Positions 9,610 to 18,658 of a DNA stretch of 64,000 nucleotides are shown one piece after another. The notes under the pieces are model-generated. The model was not told the DNA's origin. It saw only the letters and a program-made list of their open reading frames with translations, and ran no database searches. The translations under genes and the position numbers were made by a program. Numbering within the stretch: the first letter of the stretch is position 1; each line of letters begins with the position of its first letter. The stretch comes from Thermodesulfobacteriota bacterium (GTDB lineage: Bacteria > Desulfobacterota > Desulfarculia > JACQYL01): contig CAXXLZ010000003.1 in the NCBI GenBank assembly GCA_963675595.2, positions 128,001 to 192,000 of the forward strand, given 5' to 3'.

Positions 9610-10989
9610 TCAAGAAGTCCTTAAATGTCCCACGGCGATCCGATGCTTCTTTATCAGGTCGTGGAGCGTAGGCCTGCTGATCTGAAGCTCTTCCGCGGCT
9701 CTCGAAATGTTGAAGTCGTTGCGATTAAGTGCCCGGACGATTGCGTTCAACTCGGCATGGTCACGGGCTTCTCTTAGAGTCGTCAGGCCGTCCTCCGACG
9801 AGATCCCCAAATCCATGTCCGAGGGTCTGATTTCCGAGCTGTCGCTCATGATAAGCGCTCGCTTGATGCGGTTCTGAAGCTCCCGGACGTTTCCGGGCCA
9901 TGCGTGGGCCAGCATGGCTTCTAGACACCCGGGAGAGAATCTCTTGTTTGGAATTTTGTTCTCTCTCGCCGCTTCCAAAAGGAAGAACCGAGCCAACAGC
10001 ACGATGTCTTCTTTGCGGTCTCTTAGGGGAGGAATGACCAGGGGAACCACGTTGAGACGGTAGTACAGGTCCTCTCGGAAACGCTCGCGCTCCACGGCTT
10101 CCTTCAAGTCCACGTTGGTGGACGCGATCACTCGAACATCGACCTGAATCGGTGTGCGGGCTCCGATCCGTTCGAGCGTCCCTTCCTGCAGGAAGCGTAA
10201 CAACTTGACCTGTAGCTGTAAGGGCAGATCTCCCACTTCATCCAAGATGGCGGTGCCTTTGTGGGCGACCTCCAGCTTGCCGGGTCGAGCCGTGTGGGCT
10301 CCCGTGAAGGAGCCTTTTTCATGACCGAACAGCTCGCTTTCCAGCAGATTTTCGGGAATGGCGCCACAATTGATGATGACCAGCGGTTTTCCCCGCCGGG
10401 GACTTAAGTTGTAAATCGCCTTTGCGAGTCTCTCTTTGCCTGTTCCACTTTCGCCTTGGATCAGCACCGAATAGTCCGTGCGAGCCACCTTCATCGCCGT
10501 CTCGAAAAGCCGCATCATTGACTGTGCAGCCCCGATCATTTCTTCGAATGAGTTACCGGAGAAATGAGCGTCCCTGAGCTTTCGATTCTCTTCCTCTAGG
10601 GTCTGCAGTCGAGTGGCGCGTGACAGGATGACTTTCAGCTCCTGCAGGTCGATGGGTTTGCTGTAGTAGTCGTAGGCGCCCAGTTCCACCGCACGAAAAG
10701 CGCTTTCTTTGTCCGTGCTTCCGGTCACCACCACCACCTTCGTATCCGGAGCTTTGTCGAGAAGTTCTCTCATGATGAGGAAACCCTCGCTGGTGCCGTC
10801 CGGATCCGGAGGCAGCCCCAGGTCGAGACTGATCAGAGGCGGTTTTTCAGTTTCGACCATAGAGAGCGCATCCGTGCGGTTACCCGCGATGAGTACTTCG
10901 TACCGGTCCGAAAGCCCCCATTTCAGCTGCTTGGCGAGGCCTGGTTCGTCTTCGACAACCAAAAGTTTCGTCTTGGATTGCTGGATCAT
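9610..10989 (-). CDS. prsR: PEP-CTERM-box sigma-54 response regulator
   Basis: REC with LDLGLPPDPDG, AAA+ GESGTGKE and ELFGHEKGSFTGA, Fis HTH ISRPTLHDLIKK; adjacent to prsK and prsT. Confidence 0.9.
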   Translation of the reverse strand: MIQQSKTKLLVVEDEPGLAKQLKWGLSDRYEVLIAGNRTDALSMVETEKPPLISLDLGLPPDPDGTSEGFLIMRELLDKAPDTKVVVVTGSTDKESAFRAVELGAYDYYSKPIDLQELKVILSRATRLQTLEEENRKLRDAHFSGNSFEEMIGAAQSMMRLFETAMKVARTDYSVLIQGESGTGKERLAKAIYNLSPRRGKPLVIINCGAIPENLLESELFGHEKGSFTGAHTARPGKLEVAHKGTAILDEVGDLPLQLQVKLLRFLQEGTLERIGARTPIQVDVRVIASTNVDLKEAVERERFREDLYYRLNVVPLVIPPLRDRKEDIVLLARFFLLEAARENKIPNKRFSPGCLEAMLAHAWPGNVRELQNRIKRALIMSDSSEIRPSDMDLGISSEDGLTTLREARDHAELNAIVRALNRNDFNISRAAEELQISRPTLHDLIKKHRIAVGHLRTS

Positions 10990-11013
10990 ATTCGCTTTCC
11001 CGGTCGAGCCGAA

Positions 11014-13089
11014 TCAGTCGCACGACAACGGCAGTTCGATGGTAAATGCGGCGCCTTCGTCGACTTCGCTTCGGACATCAATGGTGCCGCCCATGAGCTC
11101 GGTATAGTGCCGCACCTGCCACAGCCCGATACCTAGTCCATTAGGCTTGTTGGAATGGAAAGGTTTAAAAAGCCTGTTCTGCAGGAAATCGCAGGACATA
11201 CCGATTCCATTGTCCGAGAGTTTGATGATTGCACGGTGATTTTTCGAAAATAAAGCCAGCTCGATCCTGCCTCGGTCGTGCGAAGCGTCCTTTGCGTTGA
11301 GAAAAAGATTCTCGAGTATGGTTGTGATCCAGACCGGTACCCCATTGATCCTGAGGTTGGGTTCGACCGACCAGTCCAGCCGGATTCCCTGCCAACGGCC
11401 GACCATGTTTTCACAAAAGGAGGCCACTTGTTGCGACAGAGCACATGGTTCCATCTCATGTTTCTCGGAGCTGGTGGGGAACTGAAGACGGTTCATGGCT
11501 TTTTGCACTCTCTGGTGAGCGTTACGAATCGCCTCCAGTAAGTCTTCCTGATACTCGGGGTTGGAGATATGCTCGTGAGCGCCCTGCGTCAGCAGGGAAA
11601 GCAATGAAGCCGCATTCTTCAGGTCGTGCAGCACAAAGGCGTTCAGTTTGTTGAGTAGAGCCAGTTCCCGAGCTCTACCCAAATCCTCGCCCAATTTGAT
11701 GGACATGAGGGCCACCGACGCCTGTGAGCAAATTGCCGTAACCAGATCCAGATCATCCTGAATATAAGGTTGCCCGGTCAACTCTTGGTTCAACGTAACC
11801 AGTCCGAAGAATTCTTCTCCACACTTCAGAGGGACCGCCAAATGTACGTCGTGGATCTGAACGAAGCTTTCCGCCTCATGGGGGAGTCGGGATTCCGCAG
11901 GGGTATTTTCCGCATCGTGATCGTTCGCGAGGAAGAAGGAACAGCGCTGCATAAACGCAACGAACGGCTCGTCCGGCGGGACCCTATCCGAAGTTGACCC
12001 TTTTGGCTTCAATGGTGTGACGTGTCCTGATTCATCTTTGACCCACAGATCAATTCCCTTGGAGAACATACTTTCTTCGAGGATGGCCTGCAGACTTTGA
12101 AGCACCTCGTTCCGAGTGGTGGCCCTGGACAACAGATCGGAAAAACGAGTCCATTCGTAGCGATAATCATACTTGTTCTCGAAGAAATGGGTGTTCACAT
12201 AATGCTTCACTCTTCTTCTTACGTCCGTCGAAAGTAGAATCACCACTGTGCAGAGACCCGTGACGAAAATGAACATCCACTTGACGATGAAGGGGACGGA
12301 GAAGCCCAAGTAGCGGATGCCTAAACCGATGACTCCCAAGGCTAGGAGATAGAGCCCTACGAAAGTGAGACCGAAGGATTTATAAACGATATACCGAGAG
12401 ACAAAGATATCCAGGTCGAAAAGTTTGTGCCTTACGACAAAGAAAAGGAACAGCCCCAGGCCGATAATCAACATGGCTGAGTAGAGGGGTAGATGAGCCG
12501 GTTCCACCACCCGGTAGGTCAGCCGCAGGCCGGCTTGGAAGATGATGACCCCCGAAACAATGAACACGCCCAGGACCGGGTACTTGATCATATGACGTTC
12601 GGGCGGAGAGCCCTGCTGAAATACGCTTTCCAGCCTCCAGAGTACCACCAGAGAAGGAAGAAGCAGGTACAGGCCGTCAAGTCTGCCGAGCCAACCCACA
12701 AACAGGACCTGGCCTGTGTCCAATGAATAGACGAAGACTTCGTGGGGGCTGAGCGCGGTTAATAAAGTCAGGGCGCACCCTGAGGCGAGTGTCGCACCTG
12801 CCAGGAAGGTTACGAGTCTTCCGGAAGACCGCGGAGGTTTGAAACTGTAAAGGAGGCCGGTGGACCACAGAGCTACGAAAGCCGCTTCCAAAGAGAAGAA
12901 GAGCCGCACGGAGGCTGCGGAGCCAAATTCGAGAAGGCTGAATGCGGCCGATTCTCTGGCGGCCAGCGCCAGGAAGGCCGCCGAGAGAAGCAGGGTGGAC
13001 CGTTTCCGTGGACCTTTGAATACAAACAGCAAAGCCCCTACGAAGGATAAAAGGCAAAGCACCGCTGGAATGAAAGGCTCAATATACAT
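11014..13089 (-). CDS. prsK: PEP-CTERM system histidine kinase
   Basis: Multi-TM N-terminus, HFFENKYDYRYEW signature, GAF, AFVLHDLKN H-box, GLGIGLWQ. Confidence 0.92.
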   Translation of the reverse strand: MYIEPFIPAVLCLLSFVGALLFVFKGPRKRSTLLLSAAFLALAARESAAFSLLEFGSAASVRLFFSLEAAFVALWSTGLLYSFKPPRSSGRLVTFLAGATLASGCALTLLTALSPHEVFVYSLDTGQVLFVGWLGRLDGLYLLLPSLVVLWRLESVFQQGSPPERHMIKYPVLGVFIVSGVIIFQAGLRLTYRVVEPAHLPLYSAMLIIGLGLFLFFVVRHKLFDLDIFVSRYIVYKSFGLTFVGLYLLALGVIGLGIRYLGFSVPFIVKWMFIFVTGLCTVVILLSTDVRRRVKHYVNTHFFENKYDYRYEWTRFSDLLSRATTRNEVLQSLQAILEESMFSKGIDLWVKDESGHVTPLKPKGSTSDRVPPDEPFVAFMQRCSFFLANDHDAENTPAESRLPHEAESFVQIHDVHLAVPLKCGEEFFGLVTLNQELTGQPYIQDDLDLVTAICSQASVALMSIKLGEDLGRARELALLNKLNAFVLHDLKNAASLLSLLTQGAHEHISNPEYQEDLLEAIRNAHQRVQKAMNRLQFPTSSEKHEMEPCALSQQVASFCENMVGRWQGIRLDWSVEPNLRINGVPVWITTILENLFLNAKDASHDRGRIELALFSKNHRAIIKLSDNGIGMSCDFLQNRLFKPFHSNKPNGLGIGLWQVRHYTELMGGTIDVRSEVDEGAAFTIELPLSCD

Positions 13090-13183
13090 GGAACACGGCG
13101 TCCATAGATGACGTGCCCGTTCAGGGCGGTTTGCCGAAAAGGATGCAATCGGCGGTTTATGGCATCAATCCACTTCCGAGACT

Positions 13184-15579
13184 TCAGGAATCTTGAATTC
13201 CTTTTAGCTCCTTCTCCGCAGTTTCGGCCTCGGGAAAGTCCGAACTGATCGTCAGAGCCTTCTCCAGGTACTCCTTGGCTTTACCTCTATCTTGGTTGGC
13301 CAGATAAGCCATTCCCAAGTGATAGTTCACTTCGGGATTGTCTGGGAGAGCCTCTTGGGCTTCCTGCAAATAGGACAAGGCAAAGGCATATGACTTCTTG
13401 AGATAGTAAATCCAACCGAGCGTGTCGTTGACCGACGGATCTTCGGGCAGGGCGTTCTTGGCTTTCTGGGCGTAAGCCAGCGCTTCGTCGATGTTGCCTC
13501 CACGTTTGAGAAGAATCCACGCAAGGTTGTTCGCGGCCGCACCCATGTCGGGCTTGATCTCCAGAGCCCTTCTCGTGTGTGATTCCGCAGCGGCGTAGTC
13601 CTCCTTGCCGATATTGATCGTCGCCAGGAGCAGATGCGCGGATACGTTCTCCGGATCTTTCTTCAGCAACTCTTCATACTTGGCGATGGCCTCCTTGTCC
13701 CTTTTTTCAACCATATAAAGGCCTGCCAAGTCGAAATAGGGAGGGGCGTAGTCGGGATTCAGCTCAAGAGACTGGTTGAACTCCTTTTCCGCCTGGTCCG
13801 ATTTCCCAGCCTGGAAGTATATCTTGCCCAAAAGGGCGTGAATGTGGAACGTCCGATCCGCTTTCGCCAACTGCTGCTTACAGAGTGCAATCGCATCCTC
13901 CACCCGATTCTCCTCCATGCGCATCATCACAAGGTTTCGGAGGGCTCCGTCGTGTCCCGGAACAAGTGCCAGGGTTTTCTCAAGGTAACGCTCAGCCTCG
14001 TCATTCTTCCCGGTCAGGCGGTAGAATACGCCCATCTTGAAATTGCCTGCCGGATGGTTCGGATCGATTTCCAAAACCTTGGTGAGCGCTTCTTTCACTT
14101 TGTCCGCATCGTTTTTCATTGCGGCGCCGTCGGCCAGAAGCAAATAGGCCCCCGTGTCCCGTGGGTTATTTTCAAGTATGGCCCGGGCCTGCCGGTTCAC
14201 TTCATCCACGTTTCGCTCCTTCAGCGCCAAAGCGCCCAGGAGAAGTCGCGCCTTGGCGAAGCGGGGCATGGATTCCACCACGTCGTGAAGAGCCGAGGAG
14301 GCTTGTTTTTCGTCGTTCATTGCCAGATGGGCCAACGCCTTATAATACTTGGCGAGACCGGCGTTGGGGTCTTCCTTAAGAATACCGTCAAACTTCTCCA
14401 ACGCTTCACGAGGCTTGCCGGCTTTTAACTCCAATTCGCCCAGGATCATAAGCGCCCCAGCTTCACCGGGATGCTCTTTGAGAATCCGTTCAGCCCACTC
14501 GCGCGCTTCGTTCGGCTTTCCAAAGTCGGCATACAAGCGGGATATCGCCAGGGGTAGGCCGACCGATTCCGGATCCTTTTCCAGAGCCGCGTTCAAATTC
14601 TTCAGAGCCCGGTCAAAGTCGCGCCTTGCGGCATAATACGCGCCTATAGCTTGATATGGCTCAGGTCTATCAGGCAGATGCTCTCGGGCTTGTTCCAGAA
14701 TCCCGAGAGCGGCGTCCGCCCGGTTCCGGGCAAGATAGAAGCCGGCCAATGCTTGGTAATGGCCGATGTCGTCGGGTTCCTCGGTAATAATTCTTTTGAG
14801 GATGGACTCGACCTCTGCGTGTTTTCCCCGACGAGCGTAGGAAAGCGCCAAACGTTTCAGAGCGGGTACCGAGCCGGGATGTAATTTCAGGTACTCTCGA
14901 ATGGAATCCTCCTCCAGGTCCCATTCTTTCTGTTTTCCGTAGTAGGAAGCTAAGGCAAAGTACGGCTCGATTTTGTCGGGTTCCGTTCTGACACCTTCCC
15001 GGTAATAATCCAAAGCTTCTTTTGAGTGTCCCTGTTTGTCCAGAAGTGCGGCCAATTTGAGGTAACCGGAGGAATCTCCCGGTCTCATTTCTATGTACTG
15101 CCGGAGTCTTTTTTCTGATTCCGCCCATTGCTCCCGTCGTATTGCGATGTTGGCCAGAAGCATCACCGCATCGGCGTTGTCGGGCTCCTTCTCCAGCACG
15201 AACCCGATATGTCGTTCCGCGTCTTCGTACTTTCCCGCCAAGAGGTAAAATCCGGCGAGCTTCTTTCGTGCCTCCACGTTTTGTGGGTTCAGGTCTACGG
15301 TCGATCGGAGGGCCTGAAAGGCCTCTCTGGGCTTCTTGAGCTCGATGTAGCAAAGTGCCAGCTTGTACTGGGCTTCACCATGCTTGGGATCGATAGCCAG
15401 TGCGTTTCGATATTGAATGGCGGCTTCCGCGAACTTCCCCTCCTGAAAGTACTTGGATGCGTCGGCCATAAATTCGGCCTTCTTAGCGGCATCGTCGGCA
15501 CATGAGACAAGAAGAACCGCGGTAAATACCAGAAGAAGGGAACGGGCTATAATGTGAGAGTGGGACGGTGCAGAAGCAT
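13184..15579 (-). CDS. prsT: PEP-CTERM system TPR-repeat lipoprotein; start codon out of frame with the main ORF
   Basis: Long TPR array, AANNLAWIL and DTLGWIYY motifs; in-frame lipobox LLLVFTAVLLVSC upstream of the ORF-track Met (15469); the GGAGG-preceded ATG at 15579 is in another frame. Confidence 0.82.
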
Positions 15580-15765
15580 GGCTGCCTCCCGGTGAAGGGT
15601 TGGAAATCTGATTATCGTCCGAATTTAGCCGATCATGGATATCGTGACAAGGTTCTTAAGTCGATCCGGCACGAAAACGTCAGCGCGAAGCCTGTTTTTG
15701 GTTCGACCGATGAATGAAAACCTCAAAGGCCGTTATCAGAGCACTTCCGATCGATCGGCCGGACG

Positions 15766-15780
15766 GCAACGGGTATGCCT
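15766..15780 (-). promoter_or_regulatory. Putative sigma-54 -24/-12 promoter for prsT-prsK-prsR
   Basis: Minus strand AGGCAT-ACCCG-TTGC (GG-N10-GC), ~190 bp upstream of prsT. Confidence 0.55.
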
Positions 15781-16049
15781 AACCGGTGGTCGCCTCAGTT
15801 TTTTCATCGGTAGCTCGATCGGGAAAGACTCTGGTGCCGCGCCGTGTATCCGGATGTTGTTCCTTATGATCGTTTTCCGATGCCGTTGGTCGTATCGGAG
15901 GAGTCCGATCCCAGCTAATAGGTACTTTTGGGGATCAGTGGAAACAATTCCGACTCCATAACGTGCGCTTGAGCATATCGCGTACTGAGAGCATCCAAAA
16001 ATATCAATCAGTTTCGGGTAGTTAGCTTAAAACGATGTCCGTGATATAC

Positions 16050-16066
16050 TGTTAAAATTTCCGACA
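16050..16066. promoter_or_regulatory. Putative enhancer-binding-protein site (PEP-CTERM-box-like)
   Basis: TGTTAAAATTTCCGACA = TGT-N11-ACA in an AT-rich patch upstream of the putative sigma-54 promoter. Confidence 0.45.
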
Positions 16067-16364
16067 CCCCATCGGATACTCATTGTCTTGGAAGAGGTTA
16101 GCCGCCCGGTCGGGACAACGGCCCATTGAGAGGGCATCTTCATGCGTTCCGCGCCGGAAGGCCGGCAGGGGATGGAATGGCCGGAACCGATGATTTCGGA
16201 ATAAGTAATGACACCGTAGGGAAGTCGGGTTGTCAATCGGCCCTGCGGTCGCCCTGATTGGGCCCTAAAGGAGGTCATTTTCTCTGCGACGCTCTCCTCG
16301 ACGGATGGCGCAGTTCAGTAGCCGCTTGGGAAGAGCGGAGCGGGTGCTGGGAGCGGTTCCAAAA

Positions 16365-16799
16365 TTACATGAGGCGTTGAACGTCTGTTACGTGGTTTTT
16401 TAGAAAAAAATCAAGTTTTCTTTCTTGTTCATCAGTCAGATCCGTGAATTCCAATCCGCAACACCGATTCTCAAAAAGTGAGGCTGAAAAGCTGCCTGTA
16501 TAGTCAACGCGCACATCGTACACCAACCTGCAGGAGATTCTCATGATATGAAAGGTTTCCCGCGAGACGAAGATGTCGATTTGTGAGGAGTCTTTTGGGC
16601 GGCTGTTTTCTTCATCTTCGCCGTAGTCCAGATATTCGAAAGCCACTCCGCTCTTGCTGATGTTCCGGATTCGTCCAAGACGAAAGAAATCGGGTCTGAG
16701 TGCCGCAAAGGCCAATACTTTAGGCGAAAAGCGCCGGTGCCTCCTCTTCTCCTTGTTGGTGTCCTCGACTCCTTCCTCAATACGACCGTGCTTTTCCAT
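16365..16799 (-). CDS. PilZ domain (c-di-GMP receptor) protein
   Basis: EKRRHRRF (RxxxR) and NISKSG (D/NxSxxG) motifs, CGLEFTDLT; start approximate. Confidence 0.85.
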   Translation of the reverse strand: MEKHGRIEEGVEDTNKEKRRHRRFSPKVLAFAALRPDFFRLGRIRNISKSGVAFEYLDYGEDEENSRPKDSSQIDIFVSRETFHIMRISCRLVYDVRVDYTGSFSASLFENRCCGLEFTDLTDEQERKLDFFLKNHVTDVQRLM

Positions 16800-17053
16800 G
16801 CCGTTTCCAGTTTCAATGGATGAGCAAGCTGTTTTCACCTTTGGGGAACTTCCTTCCGGCCGGCAAGCGTCCGCTGTTATGAAGCGGGTTGTCTGAATTC
16901 GGGGCTCCACGAACCGGGACTTTGTCCGGCGGTCGGAAAATCAAGATCCGCATCGGCCGTCCTTGTGGTTCCGTTACCTGATGGTAGAGACGTTCAGGCG
17001 ACCCCGTGGCGATTCGGATGATTACACGGGTGAAAAAGTTGTAGATGTACTAG

Positions 17054-17068
17054 GCAACTCCCGTGCCA
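17054..17068 (-). promoter_or_regulatory. Sigma-54 promoter upstream of the PilZ gene
   Basis: Minus strand TGGCACGGGAGTTGC, matching consensus TGGCACG-N4-TTGC. Confidence 0.7.
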
Positions 17069-17295
17069 ATCTAAGAAACAAAGAGCCGGGCCAATTTGGG
17101 CGGATAGGGCTTGGCGTGTGATAAGAATTCCGACGGTTTGCGCGCCGCCCTGCGATGGGGAAGTGGCTTGAAGAGATGTATTCCGTTTAGAGCGGAGCGC
17201 TCGACATGGCCGGACTTGGTGCTTGAACGCCGAGGGCAAAGTCGGGGTGGAACAGAGGTTTCGGCTTACGGGAAGACCCGAAGCCTACAAGTTTG

Positions 17296-18657
17296 TTAAT
17301 CGGTCAGCCCCAGACTCTTCATCTTTTTGTGGAGGTGGCTTCTTTCAATCCCTATGGCTGCGGCGGTCTGGGAAACATTGCCTCCGTGCTCCGCGAGTTT
17401 CCCGGCGATGTAAGCCCGCTCGAATTGCTGGCGGGCTTCTCGAAGGGTGGGGGCACCCAAACCTCCCTGAGCCGCGTCCGTAGATTCCTTTCGATGCAGA
17501 AAGCGTGAAATCAGGTCCTCGGGTATTTCCTCCTCGGGGGATAATATAGCCAACCGTTCCATGAAGTTTTTCAACTCTCTGACGTTGCCGGGCCAGCGAT
17601 ATTGAGTGAGGATCGCCAATCCTCCGGTGGTGAGCCTCTTAGGCTTTCCACCTGTGGATTTCGCGTATGCCTTGAGGAATTCCTCGGCCAGTTCCGGAAT
17701 GTCCTCGGTACGTTCTCTAAGCGGAGGCACCACAATGGGAATGACGTTCAAACGGTAGTACAGGTCCTCTCGAAACCTCCCTTGTTCGATTTCCTTCTCC
17801 AAGTCTTTGTTGGTGGCGGCCAAGACTCTTACGTCCACCGTTATGGTCTTGCTGCCGCCAACGCGTTCGAAACGCCTTTCCTGGAGGATCCGCAGTATCT
17901 TGGACTGGGTCTTCATGCTCATGTCGCCGATTTCGTCCAGGAACAGAGTCCCTTGATGAGCAAGATCGAACTTCCCTTTCTTCCTGGCAACGGCTCCGGT
18001 GAAAGATCCTTTTTCATGGCCGAAGAGTTCACTTTCGATGAGCTCTTCCGGGATGGCCGCGCAGTTCATTTCGATGAGAGGCTTGTCCGAACGCCGGCTG
18101 AGCTGATGGACCGCATGGGCGACCAGTTCCTTACCGGTACCGTTTTCTCCGGTTATCAGCACGTTGGCTTGGGTGGGAGCAACGATTTCGATCTGCTCCT
18201 TCAGCTTCTGAATGTTGGTGCTGCCGCCGAGAATGCGTCTCGAAAAAGAGGTCTTTTCGCGAAGAATAATGTTTTCTCGGGTGAGTTGGCCATATCTCAA
18301 GGCGTTGGTTACGGTGACCAGTACCTTGTCCAGTGAGAGAGGCTTCTCCAGGAAATCAAAGGCTCCGAGCCGAGTGGCTTTGATTGCGGTTTCAATGGTT
18401 CCATGACCGCTGATCATAATCACCGGAGTCAAGGGATTAATCTCTCTGAGGCGCTCCAACACCTCGATGCCGTCCATGCCGGGGAGCCAGATATCGAGAA
18501 AGACCAAGTCCGGCTCGGCTTCTTCGCAAAGCTTTAGAGCCTCTTCGCCGTTCAGGACGGTTGATACGCGGTAGCCTTCATCCTCCAATATTCCTTGTAG
18601 AGACTGGAGAATGCTCTTTTCGTCGTCGACGATGACTATGGAAGGGTGACCGGTCAT
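17296..18657 (-). CDS. ntrX: NtrX-like sigma-54-dependent response regulator
   Basis: REC (LDIWLPGMDG), GENGTGKE, GSFTGA, HTH IERSHLHKK; downstream of the NtrY-like kinase. Confidence 0.88.
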   Translation of the reverse strand: MTGHPSIVIVDDEKSILQSLQGILEDEGYRVSTVLNGEEALKLCEEAEPDLVFLDIWLPGMDGIEVLERLREINPLTPVIMISGHGTIETAIKATRLGAFDFLEKPLSLDKVLVTVTNALRYGQLTRENIILREKTSFSRRILGGSTNIQKLKEQIEIVAPTQANVLITGENGTGKELVAHAVHQLSRRSDKPLIEMNCAAIPEELIESELFGHEKGSFTGAVARKKGKFDLAHQGTLFLDEIGDMSMKTQSKILRILQERRFERVGGSKTITVDVRVLAATNKDLEKEIEQGRFREDLYYRLNVIPIVVPPLRERTEDIPELAEEFLKAYAKSTGGKPKRLTTGGLAILTQYRWPGNVRELKNFMERLAILSPEEEIPEDLISRFLHRKESTDAAQGGLGAPTLREARQQFERAYIAGKLAEHGGNVSQTAAAIGIERSHLHKKMKSLGLTD

Positions 18658-18658
18658 T

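Noticed and set aside
1-16000. Exosortase gene or PEP-CTERM substrate
   Set aside because: No exosortase ORF or VPEP-TM-basic tail seen in the window; probably located beyond the left edge or elsewhere
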